Assembly (NCBI RefSeq): GCF_009914755.1
Contig: NC_060941.1
From: the human T2T-CHM13v2.0 reference genome, Homo sapiens
Strand: one strand, 5' to 3'
Length of the DNA: 64,000 bases
Shown: positions 1 to 13,604 of the stretch, in pieces
Numbering within the stretch: the first letter of the stretch is position 1
Layout of the letters: each line of letters begins with the position of its first letter
Program-made: the position numbers and the translations under genes
The notes under the pieces: generated by a model
The model's database searches: none
Seen by the model: the letters and a program-made list of their open reading frames with translations, nothing else
What the model was told of the DNA's origin: nothing

Positions 1-477
1 TGCATACCCTTATGAGTGGCATCTGAACACCTAATCACAAAACAATCCAGTTTTGAAATTCTGGATGCATGTGGCATTCCATTATTCATCTTCACATATC
101 ACACCACAGCATGTGTGGTCCACTGCCCTGTTGCCTGTCATTGCTCATTTTCCCAGTCCTAAGAGTCTGAGACCTGCCTTTCCTCTTTGTATCCTTTGTT
201 TGCCAACAGGTCTTTAGCTAGCTCTTGACCCTGCCTGCTCAGTGGCTTCTGGTTTCTTAGCTGAGGTGCTCCCTATTTCTGGCTGGATTCTATGAAGCCT
301 CTCACTAGTCCCAGGCTCCCTTGGTTGGAGGGAGTGTGCAGGGATTTGGATAATATAGTGTGTGAACCAAATTGGAAAGCTGGTTGACTGGCATTTGAGG
401 AAGACATCAGAATAAGAAATTTCAATTAAAAGACACTCCTCCTTAATTCCAGACTTCTACATCATTCTACACATGCC

Positions 478-506
478 TCTTTTTCTCTTTCTTTCTTTCT
501 TTCTTT

Positions 507-588
<82 letters not shown>

Positions 589-683
589 TTCTCTCTTTCT
601 CTCTTTATCTCTTTCTTTCTCTCTTTCTTCCTTTCTTTTTTCTTTCCTTTTTCTTTTCTTTTTATTTCTTCCTTTCTTCCTTC

Positions 684-730
<47 letters not shown>

Positions 731-746
731 GTATATATATGTATAT
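478..746. repeat. (TTTC)n/(CT)n polypyrimidine microsatellite followed by (TA)n
   Basis: Directly visible TTTC array, CT dinucleotides and a TA run; it generates the spurious ORFs 462..854 and 473..748. Confidence 0.97.
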
Positions 747-1383
747 AACATTATCAAATAAGTGCCTGGAAATTAACCCTCCTACTGAGCTCATTACCTG
801 GATACCTGGAACTTTATACTGAATGCTCAGACAGCCCCATAAGCATTTGGACAAATCTCACCATAGCATCTCTAGGCCCCCCTGAGTCATAGGAGTCCTT
901 GACTCAGGACTTTTCACAGTTTACAAGTACCAACAAGGCACTTTTTTTTCTGCTTAGGAAGAACATTTTCCCTTTAAATGTTTTGTTTGCCTTCAAGTCC
1001 ATTTGAATACAAAAATACTATGGAATTCCATTAAGATAATGTCTGGGGCATAAGACACCAGGATAAAAGGCAGGAAATTGCTCTATTCTTTATGCAGAGC
1101 TCCAGGAGGAGCTGACAGTTCCTGGATAACTTCAGGAAGCAGACTGTTAAGAAAATGAGTGGGCCATATTTCATGCTGGCTTCTAGCTTCCCCTGGCTGT
1201 TTTTGTTAGGAGCTTAAGGGATTGTTAGAGCAATAATACACCAGGCTGGTTTCTAATGCTTTCCTCCAAATGCTGAAGTTTCCTAATTGTTCAACAGGAA
1301 AATTGTTCCTTGGGCTGAAAATACATTCTTAAGTCCCTTCAGGTAAGTTAGTGAAATGAGTAGAAGATCTTTGAGTGTGGGCC

Positions 1384-1712
<329 letters not shown>

Positions 1713-2130
1713 TGATGATAGGTAACTTATTCAGAACAGGAAAGGTCTGCCCCTTTTCCTTGAAGAATGAATGATTTGGAATCTGGAGAGGGGAAGAGAT
1801 TAATGCCTAGCCACACAGGGAGATTCCTGATTTTTGGTCCTCCAGCTTTCTCCCATCTTTTGTGCCCAACTTATGTGGAGATGTGTAGAAAAGTTCTCTA
1901 CCAGAGTATTTTTCTTGGTAGCTGTTGGATTCAAGTCTTAAAAACTGTAAGGACCAGCTTGAGAAAGTTTCCTCAGGATAAAGCCAGAGAGAGTGTAGTC
2001 AGACTTAGAAAAGAACTTCTTGATATCAGGGCACTGGGATTCTGGGATGGGAGATTTAAGTAGGATATGGATTATTTGCACTAACTGGATTGTATTTTTA
2101 AAAGAATGCTTAAAAATATTTTTTAAAATT

Positions 2131-3132
2131 AAAATCTCCTTAAGCTGATAAGCAACTTCAGCAAAGTCTCAGGATACAAAATCAGTGTGCAAAAATCACA
2201 AGCATTCTTATACACCAATAACAGACAAACAGAGAGCCAAATCATGAGTGAACTCCCATTCGCAATTGCTACAAAGGAAATAAAATACCTAGGAATCCAA
2301 CTTAACAAGGTATGTGAAGGACCTCTTCAAGGAGAACTACAAACCACTGCTCAACGAAATAAAAAAGGACACAAACAAATGGAAGAACATTCCATGCTCA
2401 TGGATTGGAAGAATCAATGTAGTGAAAATGGCCATACTGCCCAAGGTAATTTATAGATTCGATGCCATCCCCGTCAAGCCACCAATGACTTTCTCCACAG
2501 AATTGGGAAAAAAAAACCTACTTTCAAGTTCATATGGAACCAAAAAAGAGCCCACACTGCCAAGACAATCTTATGGAAAAAGAACAAAGCTGGAGGCATC
2601 ACACTACCTGACTTGAAACTATACTACAAGGCTACAGTAACCAAAACAGCATGGTACTGGTACCAAAACAGAGATATAGACCAATGGAACAAAACAGAGG
2701 CCTCAGAAATAACGCCACACATCTACAATGATCTGATCTTTGACAAACCTGACAAGAATAAGAAATGGGGAAAGGATTCCCCATTTAATAAATGGTTCTG
2801 AGAAAAGGCTAGCCATGTGTAGAAAGCTGAAACTGGATCCCTTCCTTACACCTTATACAAAAATTAATTCATGATGGATTAAAGACATAAATGTTAGACC
2901 TAAAACCATAAAAACCCTAGAAGAAAACCTAGGCAATACCATTCAAGACATAGGCATGGGCAAGGACTTCATGACTAAAACACAAAAAGCAATGGCAACA
3001 AAATCCAAAATAGACAAATGGGATCTGATTAAACTAAAGTGCTTCTGCACGGCAAAAGAAACTACCATCAGAGTGAACAGGCAACCTACAGAATGGGAGA
3101 AAATTTTTGCAATCTACCTATCTGACAAAGGG
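2131..3132 (+). mobile_element. L1PA internal ORF2 fragment, frameshifted, 5'- and 3'-truncated
   Basis: Translates to L1 ORF2 peptides ([23 protein letters not shown]; [12 protein letters not shown]; [25 protein letters not shown]); no 3'UTR or polyA. Confidence 0.97.
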
Positions 3133-3136
3133 TAGA

Positions 3137-3266
3137 TTGTATTTTTAGTAGATACAGGGTTTTGCCATGTTGACCAGGCTGGTCTCAAACTCCTGAGCTC
3201 AAGCGATTTGCCTGCCTCTGCCTCCCAAAGTGTTGGGATTACAGGCATAAGCCACTGTGCCTGGCC
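3137..3266 (-). mobile_element. Alu left arm plus A-rich linker only
   Basis: tgtatttttagtaga...cctggcc; the right arm is absent and the fragment abuts L1. Confidence 0.92.
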
Positions 3267-3399
3267 TTGAAAATATTTTTTTTTAAGTTTAAAAATATGG
3301 GTGAATTCAGAGACAATTATCAAAGTGAAGAAATATGAAGTTTATTTTCTCAAAGGCTTTAAAAGCTGAGAAAATTATGAGCTGTCTTGGGGTAGGTTA

Positions 3400-4008
3400 T
3401 GTAAACCAAAAATAAAATTCTAAGTCCCCCAACCATCTGAATGGATCCCTCCTCTTGGAAAAGGGCATTCCAAAGTTAACCTGAAAAACTAGTTCAGGCT
3501 ATGATGGGAAGGAGGAGGTAGGAGAGGCCTCATTATACCCTCCTCCCTTTTAGAATTATTGCTAGAACAGACTCTTTATGTCTGATAGGAAACATTTATA
3601 ATCTATTCTCTCTGAAGCCCTTGCTACCTGGGGGCTTCACCTGCATGATAAAACCTTGGTCTCCACAACCCCTTATCTTAACCCAGATATTTCTTTCTCT
3701 TGATTCTAAGTCTTTAGAGAATAACTTAATTATCTCAATCAATTGCCAATCAGAAATCTCTGAATCTACCTATGACCTGGAAGCAGATCCCCCACCTTCC
3801 AACTGTCCCACATTTCCAGACAAAACCAATGCACATCTTACATATATTGACTGATGTCTAAAATGTAAAAGACCAAGTTGCGGCCTGACCACCTTGGACA
3901 CATGTTCTCAGGATCCCCTGAGGGCTGTGCATTGGCCATGGTCACTCATATTTGGCTCAGAATAAATCTCTTCAAATATTTTACAGCATTTGACCCTTTT
4001 CATTGACA
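3400..4008 (+). mobile_element. MER4-family (ERV1) solo LTR
   Basis: TG...CA termini, start tgtaaaccaaaaataaaattctaag, end aataaatctcttcaaatattttacag...gaca; 4-bp TSD gtta on both sides. Confidence 0.88.
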
Positions 4009-4624
4009 GTTATATGCCCTCAGTGGTGGGGAGACTGGGCCAGAGAGCTGGACAGATCTCATCCAGGACTAAGATGCTCAGACCAGCAGGCTTCTAGACA
4101 TATCAGATGGCTCTTCCTTGGTTCTCAAGACTGAAGACTCAAAGATATGAATGACAGAGACACTACTGGAGAGAAGCAGAGGAACTCATAAATAGCTGTA
4201 CCCTCTATTCCACTCCCCAGCCACGATGGATTCCAAGTTTCCAGAATATTATTGGCCAAATGAGTAAATAAATCAGCCATCAAAGCACAATGGAAATGGG
4301 AGATGATGGCGGTGGTTGAGGAGGCAAAGACCATCTCCATGTTCTCCCCTCTGTATTCTAGATGGAAGAAGATATTAATAAGCAGTGTATCCAGGGATGA
4401 AGATTCTGAAAAGGATTAATCTTCCAGATTAAATAAAAATTAGCTCCTTTAAGCATAAAAACATTTTGTTTTGGTTCCTTTGATTTGAAAACATTTTAAC
4501 CGTATTATATACTTCTAAAACACAATTTAATAAAAGAAAAATTATATTTCTCTCTGCTTCAGAACAATAATATAGTAATTTCATGATACTTTTTTTCCAG
4601 GATGCTTTATAATTATGATGTAAC

Positions 4625-4850
4625 TCTTCACATATTATCTCATTTAATCCTCACCACAACTTTATAATATAAATTATATATATTTGTATATATGTATACC
4701 CCCACCCCACCCCCCACACACATACATACTTCTCACTTAAACAGGTGAAGAAAAACTGAGGGTTAAAAAAATAAGAAGCAATGTTCTTTAAGGGCACACA
4801 GCTGGTAAAAGTCAAAGTCAGGTGTCAAATTCAAGTTTTTTGATTGCAAA
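4625..4850 (-). mobile_element. MIR
   Basis: catttaatcctcaccacaac...aaactgagg...cacacagctggtaa core. Confidence 0.7.
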
Positions 4851-5899
4851 TTCATTGCTGAGCTTGCAGAGTGAAGGGCTCTTGACTTTCTCTCAGGGTA
4901 CGGCTAATGGCAGGATCAGGAATCTGCTAAAAACATGGACACTGCGGACTGGACAATGGGGAATGCTGGGCATATGCAACAAGTTAGTGAATAAGGGAAG
5001 GAGGTCAGGGTAGTTTACGGAAAGAGCCTGGCGGAGGCCTGGGCCCCAGAGAAGGGAGGCAGCCAAGAGTTGTTTGCAATACCTAAGTGGGTATGCAAAG
5101 TTGGCAGGATGCTTTCTGGCATTGCCAACCCAGAAGGGCCTAAGCAGTGGGTAAGACATGGTGGAAGGAAGCGCTTGGCAAAGACAGGTACTATGGAGTG
5201 CCTTAGAACCAGGCCACAGCTAGAGACAGGGCTGCAGTGCAAGGAGCAGCGTCGAGACCCATGGAGCACAGACTGGGGTGGACAAAGCCCAGTGTGTGGG
5301 CTTAGGCTAGGCGGGCTGTGCTTCAGGGCAGGGAGCCAGGCCAACCCAAGGGCAGAGACCATGAGGAATGGGGCAGTAGGCAGGGGTCCTGACCTGGCCT
5401 GTGCAGCTGGGCCTAAGGCCCTGCAGGTTCCACAGCACACAAGCACCTGGACACAGACCACCATGGGATTCTTGTTAGGCCCACCCTCTAGCTTCCAGTT
5501 ACTCCTAAAGCTGCAGGAAGAGGAACACGGAGGTACAGGCAGGAACTCCAGCAGACACCGTGACCATCATGAGTAATCCTTGCATGGACCCTCTGGAGCC
5601 AGCAGAGAATCAAAAGACACAATGGCAAAGAGTCTCAGCTGTGGACTCGACTCTCACTCATTAGCTGTGTCCCTGAACAGAGGAACAAGAGCTCCTGGAA
5701 TGACATTGTCATAATAATGGCACCCATACTTCCCTTCAGGGTTAGCTGAGGGAGCTGATGTGATACCATATTAAAAAGTATACAGGGAAGCCCATACTTC
5801 ACTCTTGAAGAGGAAATATGGTCAATTCCCTGATATCTACTTAACCTCGGGGATAGAGAGTGAAGAATTTGGATTTTGCAATAATTTCAATATAGCAGC

Positions 5900-6190
5900 T
5901 AAGGTATTGTGGACCTACAATGTGCCAGGCATTATGGTAGGTGTTATAGGAAAACAAGATGAGTAACAGCTTGGACTTTGGGGGTCAGCGGGGGCAGCTA
6001 ACATCTAGTTAGGGGGACAAATGCACAACCAGTAATAATGCATAATACAAAGCAGAATGGAATGTGCACTGAAATGGGGAACATGCATGGAGCAGCTGCA
6101 GAGACTCAGAGCTGGGAATGACTCATGTGGACTAGTGAGGTCAGGAAGGGATTCACAGACCAGCTGGTGTCTGAACTAGGCCATGTAGGA
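5900..6190 (-). mobile_element. L2 3' fragment
   Basis: cctacaatgtgccaggcatt...tcaggaaggg reverse L2 motifs. Confidence 0.6.
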
Positions 6191-6259
6191 GAGTTGTAAT
6201 TGAGGGTAATAGCAGACTCCAGCCAGGACACCATAAACTGTGGGCGTGGGTCTTAAACC

Positions 6260-6640
6260 AATGGACAAGTCTCTAAACTAATGCTTGGAAACTTAATCTG
6301 CACTTCTAAAGCACCAAGGAAACATGTAATTTGCCTGTGACCAGATCCCTTTTAGACCCTCTGTTTCAGGAGCCCTGGGCATGGGACCTGCATGCTTGCA
6401 TAGTGATAAAGCCCCCAGGTGAGTCTGATGAGCGTTTTTGGTTAAGAGCCAAATATACTAAACCATTTCCTCGCTTTAGCAGGCTTAAAAAATCTCCTGG
6501 AGATCTTGTTAAAATACAGATTCCTGGACTTTTCCCTCAAACATTCTGATTCAGGGGTCTGGAGTGAGGCCTGAGATTCTGCATTTCTAATTCCTTCTCA
6601 GGTGATGCTGATGCTATGAGTCTGTGGATCACTGTGATCA
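6260..6640. mobile_element. MER5-type hAT-Charlie DNA transposon relics
   Basis: cttgttaaaatacagattcctgg...ttctgattcag...tgcatttctaa...ggtgatgctgatgct. Confidence 0.75.
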
Positions 6641-7814
6641 CTAAAGCCATCACCTGCTCTTCAGTTCTTGCTGGGATAGTGGGACTCAGAGCTAAGAGGT
6701 GCCCTTGATTGGAAATGCTTTTGAAAACAAATGCATGCTTCTCTATCTTGGACCTTTCAGAAATCACACACACCCAATCACCTTGAAACTACCTGCCCAT
6801 ACAGGTGAAATAAGGACATGCCAGAGGAGTTCACAGCATTCACCTGTAGTCTCTGTACTTGCTTCCACCTGACTCTACTTCCCCTGTGGGCCCTGCTTCT
6901 CAGTTATGTTTCTGTTTCTACATCAAATCTGTATAACTCTCCTGAATCTTGCACATCATTTCCCCTGCCTAGGGGTTTTCAGGAATGTATTCTGGATCTT
7001 TTTATCTTCTGCCTCTGAGTCTAACCCCTGACAAATCCACCTGTGCTCAGCAAAGATACGGTTTGGTCACACCAGGCCAGGTAGCTCAGAGAACAATGGA
7101 GGTCTGAGCATGTTCTGTGTAATTCTCTCCAATACTCACTGTGGATAGATTCAGACAATGGCTTTGGCTCACGTTTGTCCTTTACGTGTTTTTGGTCAGC
7201 TTTATTTTTGAAAAAAAATATTGCTCACAGGAGCAATTTGTGATCGTTAGTGTGAGAGAACTCTTCTAAGACCTTTTTGTGTTAGGAGAAATTACCTAGT
7301 TGGGATTGTTGAGCTCACTGACTGGCCATGGGACTTGGTCATTTGAATGGGTTAGCTGTCGACTGATGACACCTGCTCTTTAGAAACTCAGCAACATAGG
7401 CCTTATATTGTGGGATTTCATTAATTATTTCTTTTCTTCTTTTTTTGAGTCAAATCATTTGTGTTAGAAATAGTAAGAGGTGAGATGCTAGAAATGAAGA
7501 GATAAATTGGATTTGATCGCCTGTACTTGATTTGCTCACAGTTATTGGCAGAGGAGACACACATACTGTAAATAGCTATACCACAATACTATGTTGTTAG
7601 TATTGTACAATGACAGTGCAGAGGGGGGAGTAATCATTTTTGGCTACTGGAAAGAAGGAATCTTTATGGAAGGAGATACTGCCTTTTCTCCGCAGGAATG
7701 GCCAGACTTTTGAGAGAATAACAATATCTAAGCATAACACAAGAAATATGTGTTAATTAAGAGGAGGCAAATGTGTCACATTTCTTATTTAACCACAATG
7801 AAGATTTTGATAAT

Positions 7815-8345
<531 letters not shown>

Positions 8346-8379
8346 ACACCAGGGACTTTTTAACAGGGATTGCTTGCTA

Positions 8380-8570
8380 AACACCCACCATGCACTGGGC
8401 ACATTGTGTAAGTTACCATTTTAATCTTTAAAACAACCCTAGAAAGTAGGTATTATGGCACCATCTTACAGGGGAGGATGCACATGCTGAGAGGTGAGTT
8501 TTGCAATTTTATACAGTCATTATACAGCTAGGAGCAGAAACCAGGTCTGTCTGAGCTCTAAAACTCATCT
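8380..8570 (-). mobile_element. MIR
   Basis: tttaatctttaaaacaaccctagaaagtaggtattat...cagctag. Confidence 0.65.
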
Positions 8571-8874
8571 TCCTTTGACCTTGCCAGATTCTTGCCTCTT
8601 AATGAGATCCTTTGATCTCTTCACCCAAAGTGGAGATGATAACCATGGGTGATCCAGACAGGCTGCCTGGGGAGAGCCTGCAGAACATCTTGGCAATGGA
8701 ATGATTACTCCACGTTGGCTTCTGGCTGGATGGAGGTGCTTGCCTAGAGAAGGAAGGAAACAAGAAAACATGGGGCACACAGGGGCCAGGAAGGAGGTGA
8801 GATGTTGAAGCCACTCTGGTAACTGACAAGGGATGAGTTTGGTGGGGTGGTGGGGTTTTGGCTGGGGGTTTGGA

Positions 8875-9110
8875 GTCCAGGAATTCTGGGCCCTAATCTT
8901 GACTTCTAATCCTGGCCTCAAAACTGTGGTAATCTTGGCCTATTTGTTGTACTTCCCAAGCAAATAGCTCAGCAAATGAGCTCAGTTTTCTCAGCTGTAA
9001 AATGGGAATACTAATAGTTTCCTGGTATGGTTGCCACGATGAATAAATGAGTCAGCCGGGAGCACAGAGTCTGGCCATAGGCATGCAATAATCAATAAGT
9101 ACCATCTTGC
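8875..9110 (+). mobile_element. MIR
   Basis: ctcagttttctcagctgtaaaatgggaatactaatag. Confidence 0.75.
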
Positions 9111-10058
9111 TGCCTGTTTACTTTGGCTCCTGCTGGCTTTGATCAGGCTGTAAAGAAAAAGAGGCTAATTTCTTGAGCAGGAAGGATCTGATTCTAGCCA
9201 AGGAGGCCCTGGGGCAGGGACTGGCATGGGGGACTATGGCATAATATCCATCTGTTCGGTTCCTTCTCCAGGCGAGAATGCTGGTTTCTGCAGCCTTCAT
9301 CCAAGCACTAAATCCACCTAATTGGTTTGAAAAGCACTGGGTGGATAAACATCCCATCGGCTTACCACTGTAATAATGCCAGTGACATTTATTCCTGAGA
9401 TGAAGGATGCAGAATGAATGGAGATCAGACCCCAGGTACTCTGCTATAAATGACAGCCTAGACAAGGCACCCCCTGAGCCAAGAAATGCCAGCCTTTGGA
9501 GGCGGGGACTTGGGGATGCATCAAGCAGGAATGAGTACCACGCGGGGCTTCTGGACACTTAAGGAAGAGCTTGCAGGCTGAGTTAGGAAGTAGATCAGAT
9601 TTGCCCATGACCTGGAGAGGTGGAATGAACACGAGAACATTGTGCTGGGCAAGTTACTGAATCTCTCTGAAACTCTGGTTCCTGTCTATGGGTTGAGTAC
9701 CTCATGATGTTCTGGACATGAATGAGAAATAAATGAGGAACCTAGCCCTGTTCCTGCCAAGCTCCAGGTGTTCCAGTATTGTGAGGTTTTCTTTTTATCC
9801 TTTCACATTTTTTCTTTCTCCAGATCTTCTTTCTCCTGAAACCACCTTTTTCTTTGCTCCAAAGATCCCAAGACCTGTCCACCCCCCATCACGTACCCAT
9901 GAGGGCACCCCCTTCACCCATTCATTCATTAATACCATTTTAAAATTCATTCGTCAATTATGTTTTGGTCAGGCAAAATGTGCCAGATTTCTAGCCAGGT
10001 ACCTGGTATACAAAGATAAATCAGACCTCTACTCTGTCCTTGAGCTGTTCAGAGGTTA

Positions 10059-10840
<782 letters not shown>

Positions 10841-11219
10841 TGTGGGGTATAACTAAATATGGTTGCGTGTGACCTTAGAATGGTTAGAGGTAGGACTAGG
10901 GAGCCCTAGCCGGAAGTGAGCAATTCCCACCAGTCCTTTCTATCTCACCTGATTGCGCTGCACTCTCCAATTCAAAGGGCTGGAGTTGATCGTCCTGCCT
11001 CCAGGCTGTCCACCTCCAATCCTCTCCAGGATGGTTTTTTGTTACTCTCCTACCTCCACCAATGCTAGGAAGTGCACATTTTCCTAAATACTCAACACCC
11101 TCTTCTTGGCCTTTGAACTGCTATCTTTCATCTCCACTCCCCAACCCAGCCTGAGACACTCTTTCCCCTCCTCATTTCCTGGAACTCTCTGCTGCCCTTC
11201 GAAAAGTCATAACCTACCT

Positions 11220-11540
11220 AAACATTCAGAAACTTACAGAGAGTAAAAATTAGACACCCACATCCCCACCCCCCAGTATTTAACAAATGTTGAAATTTTA
11301 CCATATTTGTTTCAGGTCTTTTTTTAAAAAAAAAGAAATAAAATATTGCAGATACAATGGAATCGTATGTTGTACTTCTACTCCTCCTTGTAACACTATT
11401 TTGAAGTTAGTGAGTGTTCACCTATCTGTGTTTTTTACACTTTTCCTAGATATCACTGCTTTAAAATTTCTTTAAAATAATTACCATTACATTATAAATA
11501 TCCTTTTAAAATCTTGCTTTTTGCACTCAACGTTATGTGA
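11220..11540 (-). mobile_element. Old L1M 3' fragment
   Basis: AT-rich reverse L1M-like text ending cttgctttttgcactcaacgttatg. Confidence 0.6.
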
Positions 11541-12339
11541 ATGTTTTGTTGTTTTGGCTTTGTTGGTTGGACATAGTCTTAGGACTTTTTATTGACTTCC
11601 TTCTAATGATGGGGGTTAAGTAACGATGTCTGGTTCACTCTTGATTTAAGAAGAGTGGCTTTCACTGAAATTTCATAAGAACCCAAAATTGCAGTAATTG
11701 CCAAGTCTTTTGCAGCTCCTCACTTTTTCAGTGTAACAGCGTGGCTGCTCGCATCCCTGTAATCTTGCTATGAGGGAAAGCAAGCGGCCTTATCTGAAAC
11801 AGAAGCAAAGGTGGCTGCTGCAGCCCTCCCCCATCCCCATCCCCTGGAGGTCTCCTCCTCCCTTCCTGGGGTGAATGCTTGCCATCTGATGATCTCCAGC
11901 CGCTGCCCATAAACACTGGCAATTCTCTTGCAATTTTGATCCATTCTCCACGTCTAGCATCATTATAATTATCAAAATTTCCAGACTTACACCGACATCA
12001 TGAGAGGAAAAGTGAAAGGCTGGGAGGTTATTATTTGGTAGCCCTGTTCACTAAGTAAGGAAAAGCATGAAACTGTCACCAGACATCACTGAATTCTGGA
12101 GCAGCTTTGACTTTAGACTTCATAGTCCACACGCTTAAGTATGTGGCACAGAACACTGTGCCAGTTCCATAGAAACCATTCTAGCAAGGACCTAACCGGA
12201 GGACCTATGGTATATCATGCCAGGAGGGTTTCTCCTATTCTCAGTCCCAGAGACCTTAGGAATACGTGACCACCATCACTGCGACCTCCACCATCCCATT
12301 TATAATCAACATTACGCTTTTGAGCTACAACTATGGTGA

Positions 12340-12505
12340 CATGTCTAGCTCTATTTCAGTAATTATGGTTACTAAATCTTATTCCATTGTATGACTGTAT
12401 CACAACTTATTTATCCACTTCCTTATCGATGGACATTTAAACTTTTCATTCTTTGCTATTATTAGCAATGCTGCCATTTAAAAAAATCCTTCAACTCATA
12501 TAGAA
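12340..12505 (-). mobile_element. Old L1M fragment (continuation)
   Basis: tattccattgtatga...ttatttatcca...gatggacattt...tttgctatt...aatgctgc. Confidence 0.7.
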
Positions 12506-12518
12506 AACCTTTTGCAAA

Positions 12519-12523
12519 GTGTG

Positions 12524-12565
<42 letters not shown>

Positions 12566-12566
12566 G

Positions 12567-12600
<34 letters not shown>
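12519..12600. repeat. Compound (GT)n(AT)n(GT)n microsatellite
   Basis: Directly visible. Confidence 0.97.
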
Positions 12601-12601
<1 letters not shown>

Positions 12602-12614
12602 AGTTCTTGGACTG

Positions 12615-12756
12615 AGCACCAATGGAAGAGAGCTACCCTCAAGGGAGGTGGATGACAGAACTTCCAAGAGGGGGTGCAGCTGAGAGCTGGCCAAATGGTG
12701 AGAGTGCTTGCTACCCTCAGGGACAAATCGTTCATGTGTCCCTGTGGGAGGCCCAG
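12615..12756 (+). repeat. Local duplication segment A, direct copy of 14179-14319
   Basis: About 85% identity over ~140 bp by hand alignment; ORFs 12491..12976 and 14001..14342 share STSLEGSS.PLVLS. Confidence 0.95.
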
Positions 12757-12757
12757 A

Positions 12758-12986
12758 TGAAAAGAGTAGGCTCTGGCAGACCAATCTAATTTTCTCCCGA
12801 AGGACTGTGCACAGAAACTGTGCAAATAAGAGATGCGACCTCTCATGCCACCCAGAAGCCTTTCCAGTCAGTCTCGTGTGGCATGCCCGTTCATGAGTGA
12901 AGGCAGAAATGGTTTGCATATAGGACTTTTCAGCCTCAGCAGTTGGGGAGACCTCTACGTTATTTTTGGAGACCAAAAACAGTAGT
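12758..12986 (-). repeat. Local duplication segment B, inverted copy of 14402-14627
   Basis: ggcagaccaatctaattttctcccgaagga is the reverse complement of tccttcgggagaaaattagattggtctgcc; EVSPTA.AEKSY.QTISAF is shared by opposite-strand ORFs. Confidence 0.95.
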
Positions 12987-13083
12987 CCAAGAACAAGCCT
13001 ATACTACTATATAATCTCAGTGTGTGTATACTATGTATATGTGTGTGTATATATACTATGTATACTATACATCTATCTGTCTA

Positions 13084-13184
13084 TCTGGCTCTATTTCATT
13101 AATTTTGGTTGCTAAATCTTATTCCATTGTATAGCTTTATCACAACTTATTTATCCACCTCCTTATTGAAGGACATTTAAACTT
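13084..13184 (+). repeat. Direct duplicate of 12344-12444 (L1M piece)
   Basis: Ungapped 101 bp with about 10 mismatches, offset 740 bp. Confidence 0.95.
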
Positions 13185-13320
13185 AAACATATATATACTC
13201 AGAATTGCTGGGTCACATGCTGTTGGCTATCTATCCATGCAAAATATCACCAAATTTCTCCCCCAAATTGATGTCTATTTACACTCCTGCCAGTAACATC
13301 TAAAAATCCCTATTAGAACT
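13185..13320 (-). mobile_element. Old L1M fragment (continuation)
   Basis: agaattgctgggtca...atttacactcctgccag. Confidence 0.65.
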
Positions 13321-13369
13321 TCATTTTTTAAAATTTCTAGACTTCAAATTTCAGGACAATATAAATACA

Positions 13370-13560
13370 TTGGGAAGCTACATGGTGTGGTAGAAATAGC
13401 CCTGAATCAGTGAGGTGAGATTCTAGCTCTGGCTCTGTCCCTGCCTGGCTATGGGGCTTGAACTAACATGACTTCCTCTCTGGGCCTCACTGTCTTCATA
13501 GTATAAATGAAGGCATAGCATTAAGATGTCTCTTAAGTTTCTTCCTGCCTTCACCTTCTG
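13370..13560 (+). mobile_element. MIR
   Basis: ggtgtggtagaaatagc...ctctctgggcctcactgtcttcat. Confidence 0.7.
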
Positions 13561-13604
13561 TAGTCTGTGCTTTAAATAGTGGCTGACTTAAGAGGGCAAG
13601 GGGA

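Noticed and set aside
462-854. Lys/Glu/Arg-rich and Phe/Leu/Ser-rich ORFs
   Set aside because: Translations of the TTTC/CT/TA microsatellite
2187-2801. ORFs with real protein homology
   Set aside because: Broken L1 ORF2 pieces, not a host gene
5015-5576. Overlapping 149-168 aa ORFs on both strands
   Set aside because: No recognisable domain or splice context; expected in GC-richer DNA with few stop codons
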